From contig JBHGNT010000001.1 of NCBI GenBank assembly GCA_043228905.1, positions 6,572,001 to 6,636,000 on the forward strand: a stretch of 64,000 bases of DNA, written 5' to 3'. The stretch comes from Azolla caroliniana. Taxonomy: Eukaryota > Plantae > Polypodiophyta. Each line of letters begins with the position of its first letter. Position 1 is the first letter of the stretch. The notes below the pieces were generated by a model. That model ran no database searches. It worked only from the letters and a program-made list of their open reading frames with translations, and was not told the DNA's origin. Shown here in pieces: positions 26,900 to 37,859 of this stretch. A program made the position numbers and the translations under genes.

Positions 26900-27800
26900 T
26901 TCGTATGGTTCCTTTAACCTTAATCAGATAGGATTTAAAAGAAATGGCTCTTTCTAACGTAAACTACATGGGGTTTAGAAACAGATTTAGTTTTTTAACC
27001 GTAATTTAAGAAGAATTAGAAGTAAAGGAGGCGTTTGATCTGAATCAAAGAAGATTCAGGAGGTAACAGTCTTTAACCTTAGAGAGGAAATTTGAAAGGT
27101 TATTGGGTCATTTAACCTTATTCAAAGAAGATAATGAAGTCCTTTCACCTTAATCAGAAAGAATTTAGGGTATAATGGGTCTTTTTTCTGAACTGAATGA
27201 TCTTTAACTTCAAATTTGAGGTTAATGAGTATTTAATTGCACGTGGGTGTTCTTTAAATTCAACCCTGGGGACTAGAAGCTGATATTTTAAACCTTAATT
27301 CATAATGGCGAGATGTTAATGGGAAATTAACGGTAACCAGAGAAGACTAGAAGCGAATGGTATTTCAACCTTAATGAGAAAGGCAAAGTAGTTACTGGGT
27401 ATTTAGGTTTAACCTGAGGGGATTTATAAGAGAATGGGTACATAAATGTGTAGATGCTAATGTGTAGGGTAGTTGACTGTAAACAGAGAGGGTAATAAGC
27501 TTAAATCCTAACCAAGAAACTACTGGGTATTTAGCCTCAATCAACAGGGATATATAAGAGAATGAGTATTAAATCTTAACCAAGATAATGCTTAGTTGAT
27601 GTTGGTTGTTTAACTTTGATAAGAGAGGATTTAGAATGTAATGATTCTTTAACCTTAACCAGAGAGGATTTTGAAGCTGACAGAATCTTTGTCTTAATCA
27701 GAGAGGATTTAGAACCTATCGATGCTGTAAACTGTAGTCAGAGAGGAATTGTAAAACCCATTGGCTGTTTAATTTTAACCCAAAGAGTGGATTTTGGAAG
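26900..27800. repeat. Degenerate ~40-bp minisatellite in the Tubby 5'UTR intron
   Basis: The recurrent motif TTTAACCTTAAYCAGAGAGGATTTAGAA occurs with variation across ~900 bp. Confidence 0.7.
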
Positions 27801-27975
27801 CTAAAATTGTCTTTGATCTTCTAAATATTGTCTTTCTTTCTTTCTTCTCAACAGAGTTCCAAAAAACCCATGAATGTAAAGGGTACAAAGGAGGGAGGAA
27901 ATAGCATTTTGAGACGGTGTGGCATAAAATAATAACTGCACAGAGAGAGAGATAAGATCAGGTCCTCCGATAATA

Positions 27976-30900
27976 ATGTCCTTTAAAATTATTATCCAAG
28001 ATCTGAGAGATGGCCTGGGAAGCTTCTCTCGCCGAAGTTTTGAAATATTTCCAACTCATCACTATCGGTCGAGATCAATGAGCTCTGTATTGGATGAGAA
28101 TCAAGTGAGAAGAGACAATTATGTAGACATTTCTGAACAAAGTTGTTGGGCAACGATGCCACCCGAGCTTCTTCGTGATGTTATTCAACGTGTAGAAAGA
28201 AGTGAGAGCACTTGGCCTTCCCGGAAGAACTTTGTTGCATGTGCTTGTGTTTGTAGAAACTGGAGGAACATCGCTAAAGAGCTCACTAAGAACCCCGAAA
28301 TCTCGGGACAGATTACCTTTCCCATCTCTCTCAAACAGGTAAAAAACAAGAAAAAAGTAGAGTGCATCCTGAATTTTTTGGATATTTTCCAGAATACCCC
28401 TCTGTACTAGTGAAATTTACCCACCAGTAAGTTCTAATTCTTTCACTGGATTCAGCCCTCTGTAGTATCCAGTGGAGAGGGGTAATACCTGTCGGAAATT
28501 TGAAATCTTAGGGGTATTGTGGCAACTTTTGAAAACTCAGGAGGCATTCTGGTCAAGTCTCAATTTTTGGAGATTTTTTTTGCATTTTTCGAATGGGTCA
28601 AAACTAGGGGAAAACACTTTTAACTTTGATTCATGTGATTATTGAATATTTCTAATTTAGTCTATCTTGTTTCGGCTTCTTATATACATTTGTAGTTTAG
28701 CACTAATTTCAATTCATCTCTATGTTTGCAACTACATCACATCTTTCTATGGGTGGAATAACTTGTTCTTGATAGGTTTTCATAATGTACAACTGTTTTG
28801 ACATAGGCCAGATTGTCAAGAAAACTTAGCCATAGAGTCTCTTTATTATTGTTGATGATGTTCCACAAATTAATATTATTTCTGCATTATGAGATTTCTA
28901 GAAATTCAGTCGTTGTGCCCATATTTTTCTTATGTTTTGCCTTTTTCAATATCTAGTTTTGCTATATCAATTTTTTTTTCTTTCTGAGCTCAAATTTTCA
29001 AACATATTAGGTAAGCTAATTATTCGTCTATTGAGTTTCATTTTAACACAATGGGTTCACCTATAAAGAAATAAAATTCCATCAACAGTTATAAATCTTG
29101 ATTTAGCCCAATAGATTAACCTTTAGACCAATAAATAGTTCTTAAAATTGTGTTTGGGTGATCTAGCCAGAAGAGACTCTTTAAGTTATGAAATTGTCTA
29201 TGTGCTTCAATTATTATTATCTATTTGTCGCAGCCTGGTCCTCGGGATGCAACGGTGCAATGTTATATTAAAAGAGATCGAAGCAGTTCAACATATCTTT
29301 TGTACCTAGGACTCAGTGCAAGTAAGATTCTTTAGCATGGTTTCCTTGTTTCTTCCTTACTTAGCTGATAACTAATGCATATGTTACTTAATTGCAATGA
29401 CGGTGTGTTTAAGAGTTCGTATTTTCTGAATGGTTATTCCAGGACACACTGTTATGTCACATAGATCTTCCTTAATTGCAATGAAAACATGTTAAAGAAT
29501 CTAAGAAAAACATATTTACATTATTGATGATTGTCTTGAATACTAACCTTAATAAAATAAATTTTTCATTGTTGGATGATTGTCTTAGACATTATCCTTA
29601 ATAAGAAAAGATCGGATTGTTGGATGATTCTCGTAAACAGTAATCACAATATAAAAAATGCGTGTATTTTTTGTCATCATCTTTGAGAAAAAAATCTTGT
29701 CATCACTGGATGATTTTTTTGAGCACTCCTTTTAGTCTAAAAAATTTGTGCATTGTTGGATGATTGACTCAAACATTAATCTTTATACAAAAAAAGTTTA
29801 CTTTGTTGTATAATCGTCTTAGACATTAATCATAATAAAAGAAAGATTTTGCATTGTTGAACACAACAACGCAAAACCTTAAACATTAATCTGTATACAA
29901 AAAAAGTTTACTTTGTTGGATAATCGTCTTAGACATTAATCATAATAAAAGAAAGTTTTTGCGTTGTTGTGTTCAACTATTTTAGAGACTACTAAGACTT
30001 GAATATTGTCCATAATCTTAACCCCCCCAAAAATGTGAAAAAATGCTTTTACATGGTTGCATAAAATGCTTTAGCTTTTGTATATATTGTGTTTGATACT
30101 TTTTTTTTTTGTTTATATAGCATTGATGGATAATGGGAAGTTTCTTTTGGCTGCTCGGAAGGTGAGGCGTGCGGCCAATGCAGATTATATCATATCTTTG
30201 AATTCAGATGATATGTCGAGATGTAGCAATACATATGTTGGCAAGCTGAGGTTGAACCTTCAAACTTTTAAAAGTCTTTGTTGTTTACTCTCCATTTATT
30301 CTTCTGAAAGATTCACTAATGTTCTGAAAGAAAAACTCTAAATTAAATATATTGTTGCACTTTGCATGCCAGGCATGTAGGATGTAAAACGAAAACATCA
30401 ATGCAATACATACCAGAACAGGAAATAGCTTGCATTTTTTTACCTGAAAAAGAATATTTTTGATCAATTACATCCTCCACAAAATCATTTATAGTCCTGG
30501 AAAATCTGGGTTACGTTTGGCTTGCATTACATGGCTGTCAAAATTATTGACAGTTTGAAAAGCCCAGCTTCTTCTGCCTTTTTGTCCGCAGAAGTAGCAG
30601 ACATTACAATACCTTGGGGGATAAAAACAATCTGTTGAAAAGCCAAATTTGTTACACATGAGACCATTTTTATTTTAAAAAATTAGCATATATTCAAATC
30701 TGGTGAGATGTGAATCAGAACTTTGATTGGTGATATGTCTCACACATACGAAAAGGACATGTGACAATGTTTGCTAAAAATATTGATTGTAGTGGGATAT
30801 ATCTCCGAACTAATAGCTAGAAAATACAATATAAGTCCGATTGAGAATATCTCAATAATCATCAGTAAATCCAAGGTTTTAGAAGCTTGCTGCTTGAAAG

Positions 30901-32770
30901 AAAATTCATGTGACATGCCTATTTATTAAAAAAAGATGCGACAGTGTTTGAAATAGGTTCTGATCTCTGTTTTAAACATAAATGATTGCTCAACTATAGT
31001 TGAGGTTTTTTTCTTTATAAAAACAAAAATTATTGCTTGCTTATAGATATTGAATTGTGAAATTTCAGGATGTAAAAGAGAAAAATTAAAAATTAGAAAT
31101 TCTTGAAAGTTTCACTCGTTTAGCTGAAAAAGAGAAATTTTCGGCTGGTTAATCCCTATCTACTATCAGCATTATAACTTACTATAAACCAAGTTTTTCT
31201 ACAAATTTGAGTAGAGATTGTAATAGAATAACTGATCATTTTGAAGGGTTCGCTTTATCCAGATAAATTATCAGGTCACAAATGTGATTCTGACCTACTT
31301 ATGTCAGAAATCATTTTGTTTTCTAATTGAAGGAATTTCAGATAAGTATCCTTTATAGCGTTTGCTCACAGTTTTTCAGAGATCACCAAGTATGAAGGGT
31401 TTACTTCTGAAAAGCATTTCCCTTCATTAAAACATGACAATAATATTTAAAGATAAAAAAGCAAGAATTAATTAATGGTCTAAAAAATCAATCACTAGTA
31501 AATAATGAATATCAAAGAGTTTGTTAGAAGTGTGGCAGCTAGCTAGATTGACTACACAACATGAAAAAACTATGTTATGGTAGTTTTTGAAAAGGTTGTT
31601 GTGGATTCTGGAATCCTTCATAGATTTAATTTGTTTTAATACTGTAAAACATAAAACCTGTTCTTTTTAATATAAAATTTTGCTTCTATGTTATATGTTT
31701 AGGATTGATTATTAAAAGAAAATGAACATTCAGTGTAACACAATGAAGAATTTGTTGAAGAAAAACTTTCATTTATTATCAAATATAAATTCCCCTTCTC
31801 TGGATTGAACTGTGAAAATTTTAGGATATAAAAAAAGATGGTGAAACTATGGTCCCACTGCACTGAGATATGAAAAACATGTGTTGGAAAAGTTTATGAA
31901 AAACATATGTTGGCTCTGAAAACCACTGTTGGATCTTTTTCAAAATCTAATTTGTTCCTCGCTTCAACAATCGGTTCTGTTTTTTAAATCATTAATGCTG
32001 AAAACATATTAAGAATGTAATTTACTGCTGATCAGACCTGTTCTTTCATGTGTAGATCAAACTTTTTGGGCACAAAATTCACGATATACGATAGCCAACC
32101 ACCTCACAATCGTGCAATCGCATCAACAAACAAGGCGGGGCGGAGAGTGGGGTCAAAGCAAGTCTCGCCTCGACCTTTTGGTGGTAGCTACAATGTTGCC
32201 CACATCGCGTATGAATTGAACGTTCTGGGGACCCGTGGCCCCAGACGAATGCACTGCACAATGCATTCGATCCCTGCTTCTGCACTTGAGCCTGGCGGGA
32301 TTGCACCCACCCCTGTTGAATTCTCCAGTGCTGCCCTAGCCTGTTCGTTATCGTCCCTTCCAGCTTTCGGATCCAAGTCTTCTGTGTCAGATTTTAGCCT
32401 GATTGACCCTGAAGCTCCCAAAAGCTGTCTTTTGACGAAGGAAGGTCCATTGATACTAAAAAACAAAGCTCCAAGGTGGCATGAGCAACTCCAGTGTTGG
32501 TGCCTCAACTTCCGTGGGCGTGTAACAGTTGCGTCTGTCAAGAATTTCCAACTAGTTGGTGCCAATGTATCCACCAACGTCAGCAGGGGTGCCACTAATA
32601 CTGAGCCCGTCCAACCCTCCTCTTCCCAAAGTGACCATGATAAGGTTCTTCTTCAGTTTGGTAAAATCGGGAAAGATATGTTCACAATGGATTATCGTTA
32701 CCCATTATCGGCTTTTCAAGCATTCGCAATATGTCTTAGTAGCTTTGATACAAAGCTCGCATGTGAGTGA
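27976..32770 (+). CDS. TLP: Tubby-like F-box protein (N-terminal F-box, C-terminal Tubby domain), 4 coding exons
   Basis: Exons 27976-28338, 29234-29321, 30121-30250 and 32056-32770, with GT-AG introns in compatible phases. Motifs: F-box [13 protein letters not shown], then [74 protein letters not shown], and the canonical end FDTKLACE*. Probable 5'UTR intron at 26860-27854. Confidence 0.97.
28355..28560. mobile_element. Foldback/MULE-like MITE in Tubby intron 1
   Basis: GAGTGCATCCTGAATTTTT..CAGAATACCCCT is an imperfect inverted repeat of AGGGGTATTGTGG..AAAACTCAGGAGGCATTC. Confidence 0.55.
29520..29980. repeat. Degenerate tandem repeats plus a recent ~110-bp duplication in Tubby intron 2
   Basis: The motif TTGTTGGATGATTGTCTTAGACATTAATC recurs. 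29771-29860 is duplicated at 29881-29970. Confidence 0.8.
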
Positions 32771-34949
32771 GTGACGACAAGAGAAATAAAGAAGAAATGA
32801 AGGAAACAAAAACCAGAGAAATTTGTGTATCTTAACATTTGCTCACAAGGTAAAGTTTTCATTGTCTTCTTAATAGGTACTTGTGTCTGTTGTCGATATA
32901 TTATACTTGAAGAAAATGTCGATATATAATACTTGAAGAATTGAAAAGATTAGAGGTGATTTGATGGAAAAGGATAATATTGAAACCTCTTGTGTATCAC
33001 CGAAGGCTACTTATATATATAATATATAATTTATATATTATATATTATATATATGAAAAAGAAAGGTATGTTTAAATGATTAAAGCAAAATGTTTTGAGT
33101 GCTTATGTATGTGAGACCATGATTACAGGTAGATTTATTTTTGTTTCAGTTCAATGTCGTAGACAAACAAAGATTATTTTTCTAATGGTTAAGTGGTCAT
33201 TGCCACATGATTATATTTTGAGGATTGTTCTTTTGATGTTGCGTACCAATTGTCTTGTTTTCTTTTGTTCATCACATTATCAAATTAGCTCTATTAACAT
33301 ACACTATTATCATACACTGAATGCTATTTAAATCTAAGTATATTCCCCAATGGGCTTATATTCTCCAATTTTATTATTAATTTCCTGACTTTTGGGCGCA
33401 CAGCTATGAAGACTTTTCATTGTCATTATTTTTATGGTTCCTTGTCAATAATCTCTTTAAAATTCTATTGACCAACTCTAACCCCTAAAATAATGTGTCT
33501 TAAACTTGGATGGATTGGTGAATCTCCCACTTGTTTCTTGTATATATATCTAGATTCTATATATCTGTATGCTCAAATGACTTTTTGGGGTCACGGAAAA
33601 TGAATAATTAATTGTCAATGCCAAGTGAGTCACACATGAATCCAATCCCCTCTTCCTCATGCTATTGACTTTGGTATTGCTTCAAAATCATGAACCGTGG
33701 AAGACTCACTTTATTCTTGTATCTTGCAAAATAAATTCTAATCATCTAGCATTATTATGTGTTTTAACTGAACAAAGAAGTTGAAAGTTAAAAATGGTCA
33801 TCTTTTAATAATTCACATATCTTCCCTCCCAAAGGTTGGTTTGCCATTCACTTATAAAGCAATTTTCTCAATTCTAAATAGTTTTTTATATGTGAAAGTA
33901 CAAAATGGCATCATGCAACATCAATGCAAGGATGTGTGCGCAACAAGTTACAACCAAATGAGCTACATATAGGCAATGTTATTTTGTTTGCATTCATCAT
34001 GCTACATGCATCATTAGCCTTTTCCTATGTAAAGGTATGTCATCATTTTGACACAACCTTACCATTACACTATGTGATATGACAATACTTTGGTTCAATC
34101 TAGCATAATAATGTTAACATAATGGTATGTTTTATTTCTTGTCATTGTTATGAACAACTATATAGTTTAAGTTCTTTGTGAAGCAATGAAGGCATGCCTT
34201 ATCAACTTTCCTAAATTCAAACTCTAGTATTTCTTCCCCTTAATGTTTATTTTGTAAAGATGACAATGAGAAGTGCAAGATCAGAAATTCGCCTCCTTTG
34301 AGTTAGCTCACACAAGCTTCACACTCACACTCTAAGTTACAATTAATGATGGCATGTGGTATCCAATGTATTAGAGATAAGGGGGCAATTGTTAGCATGA
34401 TCAACTTTGAGTGTTGGAAGAAGTGGGGGAAGCCAAAGATGGTGCCAAGAAATGTCAGGTTGTGTATGGTTGATGGATGCATCTACCCGACAACCTATGG
34501 GGAATGGTGGTACATAGTAGTTTTGAAATATATATGGAACATCTTTTTCCCTTTGTAGTCACAATCCACTAATTAGAAGGCTTGCCACTACCTCTTAGAC
34601 AACCTTTCTATTCCAAAATTGTTGGTTTTCTTTCTTGTTTCACATGAACAAATTTGTCAAATTTTCATCCTTTTTTCTCTTTGATGCTTTGATTCTATGA
34701 GTATGTCAAACGGGAAATAAGACATCTAGCATTTCTTTCTCATAACCCTATATATTCTTAGTGCAATGCACGAACTATAAAATGTGAGATGAGAACATAA
34801 GGCATCTTGCATTTCTCTCTCATAATCCTTTAAATTTGCAATGCAATGCACATTATTTATTCGGCCTCCTGCTAAAAAGAACCAAGTCTCAATGAATGCA
34901 CTATAGAGAATTCTTATTTAGCACATTTTAGAAAACGTTGTCCAAAAAC

Positions 34950-35690
34950 ATAAAAACATTTGGATCCAACCAATACTTGAGCATCATGGTCAAGGCCAAA
35001 AAAGGTAAATAAAAGGTATATGGAATGAATTCTTGGTAAGGTTCTTGATTGTAATGCGTAGGTAATTTTTGGCCACGAGTAACAATCGCGTGTTGTTAGA
35101 TGACACCTAAGTTGGTTGATGGATGTACGTTGATGAAAGGGCCACACGCCATGTTGGGTGAGCTTACTTGAGGATGTTGGCCTTTGTTGGGGTCAAAATT
35201 AATGATCAAGTGTTCTTGATTGCACACAAGATCAAAAGGCCAATTTGGATGATGTCAATGTATGATTTATTGGGATAAACGTGGTTGAGGATGGAATAGA
35301 AATTGGTGGTCAAATTGAATTGCATGTGTGATGTCCCAATTTTATTGTCATGAGGGAGCTTGAAGTTGTTTGGACATGTTTGGAGGACAATGTCACAACA
35401 TTCCTCGTGATGACTTTAACTTTGAATCGTGGCTTTGTTTCTCATTTAAAATAATTCAAACTATACCATTTGCTCCATCCTCCTTGTAAGTGGATCCACA
35501 TGGTTCACAGTTCCAAAGACTTACTTTTGTACTCACTCAATTTGTTGGCAATTTTCATGTGGAGTTTTTGAACTCATCTTGAACTACTTGAACCAATCAT
35601 TGTTAGATGTATCACATTATAAGTAATGCTTTAAGTTGTTGATAACTCGCTTAAATGGCAATCAATTTTCATGCATCACCGTGCCAATGG
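34950..35690 (-). mobile_element. Possible Ty1/Copia pol remnant
   Basis: The minus strand has a CGPF fragment followed by LTTRDCYS..YAL, resembling the Copia integrase DxxGP...LTxxDxYS motif. Very degenerate. Confidence 0.3.
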
Positions 35691-36390
35691 AAATTGCATG
35701 CAATAATGCAATTTAGATGTGGCAAAAAAGGTTGGCGACAAACACAAACCAATAGTTTATTATGTTGGTAGAATTAATCATCCTCCCAACCAAGTAGATT
35801 GATTAACATTGGGTTCACCCCAAAAATTGATGGGTTAAAATGGAACATATATTTGATGCATTGGAAGTAGAAATTGCATGCTATTTAGATGTGGCAAAAT
35901 AAGCACAAATATATTGCATACCATTGGCATTAAACACAAACCGATAATTTATTGTGTTGGTACAAGTAATTTTCCTCCCAACTAAGTAGATTGATTGACA
36001 TTGGGTTCACCCCCAATTTTGATGGGTTAAAATGGAACATATATTCGTGATTAGGACATGTAGCTAGTGGCTAACATAGAGGAGCTATTGGTGTGGTTGT
36101 TGATGTTGTGCCACGTGGTAGAACTGAATATAGCAAGTGGGCATGGCTTCCCTTGCTCATTGAATGCCTTCTCAACTTCTCTCTTATTTTGTCTAAAGGA
36201 AACATGCTTGAACTCGAACTGACTCTTGAAAATCTCAAATGTTGACAAAACAAAAAAGATCACGCATCCATTCAACACTACTCTTCTCTCTTATTTTGTC
36301 TGAAGGAAACATGCTTGAACTCGAACTAACTCTTGAAAGTCTCAAATGTTGACAAAACAAAAAAGATCACGCATCCATTCAACACTACTA
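35690..36390. repeat. Two local tandem duplications (~180 bp x2 and ~110 bp x2)
   Basis: 35690-35855 resembles 35870-36045. 36179-36280 resembles 36285-36389. Confidence 0.85.
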
Positions 36391-37072
36391 AAAAGCTCAA
36401 ATACCAAATCGTAAGTGTGTTTATGCCATTTTGGGATGATCGAATGAGGCAATCCTCAAAGAGACCCAATGTTGATTGCAACCAAATGGATGTGCAATGC
36501 ATCAAGTAGCGTCATGTTGACTGTAAACCAAATTTAGCCCATGAGATTGGTTTACAACAAAATAGGGCGTTTGACCATTCATAAAAAATAAAATAAAATA
36601 AAATAGAACATGGTCTTGTTTAACCCGAGAGGCCGAAAGGAGGGTGGAAACTTCATCACAAGTTCCCTCCTCCTTTCCTACTTGGGGACCCACTTTGTGA
36701 TTTCCTGAAGTCCACTCTCTCTTGGAGCTTGTAGAGAGGAAAATGGCTTTTCAGTTAAGTCAGGTAAAACTTGCTTGCCTTTTCGTTGAAAAAGCAATAG
36801 AAAAAAGTTACGAATACAAGAAAGAAGAAGCCGCAACCACAACCCAAGCTAAAAGAGTTCTAGTATTGTACAAAACGTGCTATGGTGTAACATATTTTAT
36901 AAAGGAAATGACTTTGTACTAGGCCTAGTTTCATTTCCATCCAAGTCTCTCGAAAAGAAGCATGAGGTCAAAGGTTTTCAATGTGGGTGGAACTTGTGGT
37001 CCCGATGTATAAGGTATCCCAACCATTGCTTCTAGGCGGTGTAGCTCACATTCCCTTATCTCGAGAGAGAGA

Positions 37073-37332
37073 AAGAGAGAGGTATTCTACGCCTTAGAAG
37101 TATTTTGTCAAACACCTAAAACGTCAGCGAGAGAAAAGAAAGAAAGAAAGATATATTAACTTCTTCTAAGACCAAATTTGGCCCATTAGACAATTGATTA
37201 TAGAGAGAGAGGTATTCTATACCTCAAAAATATTCTAGCAAATACCTAAAACCTCAGCGAGAGAAAAGAAAGAAAGAATGATATATTAATGTCTTCTAAG
37301 ACCAAAATTGGTCCATGAGACAATTGTTCATA
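37073..37332. repeat. About 130-bp tandem duplication upstream of UTP10
   Basis: GAGAGAGGTATTCTA...CCTAAAAC.TCAGCGAGAGAAAAGAAAG...TCTTCTAAGACCAAA occurs twice. Confidence 0.85.
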
Positions 37333-37393
37333 GTAATAGGATATGTACCCAACCATCAAAAATGATAAATCAAAAAACAAATAAACAAGGCCC

Positions 37394-37423
<30 letters not shown>

Positions 37424-37427
<4 letters not shown>

Positions 37428-37490
37428 TAGCTCTGTTGGTAAGGTTGCCCAATGGAGACAAGGTGGTCATGGGTTCAACCCCTACATTCC
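37424..37490 (+). other. tRNA-derived element (SINE head or pseudo-tRNA)
   Basis: A-box TAGCTCTGTTGGTAAG and B-box GGTTCAACCCC at tRNA-like spacing. The cloverleaf is imperfect. Confidence 0.55.
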
Positions 37491-37540
37491 ACAGTGGCAT
37501 CTAGTGAAATAGAGATATATATGAAGTATATAATAGAGAG

Positions 37541-37611
37541 GTGAGGAAATTGGGTTTTGAACCCAAGACACAGTGCTTGTAGTGTTATCGACTTACCACT
37601 AGGGTAAGCTA
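37541..37611 (-). other. Second tRNA-derived element, opposite orientation
   Basis: The minus strand reads TAGCTTACCCTAGTGGTAAG ... GGGTTCAAAACCC, which is A-box and B-box-like. Confidence 0.45.
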
Positions 37612-37859
37612 ATTACGATAAAAAAAATTAAAGAGAGAGAGAGAGGGGTATCTTACATGCATAAAACGGGGGATATTGTGGAGAAATCCAGAAATCGCAG
37701 GGGTATTCCGGGAAATACCTAAAATTTCAGTTAGAGGGTATAATACGAATTAAAAAAAAGAATACACATATGTACATTTGTTGCCCCAAAACCTTACCTT
37801 TCTCTGCAGACTGCTACAGAGAGGGGTTAGGAAGCGAAGCGAAACCGAGGTTTTTGGCG

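Noticed and set aside
37424-37611. Functional tRNA genes
   Set aside because: The acceptor and anticodon stems do not pair well, so they were kept only as tRNA-derived elements.
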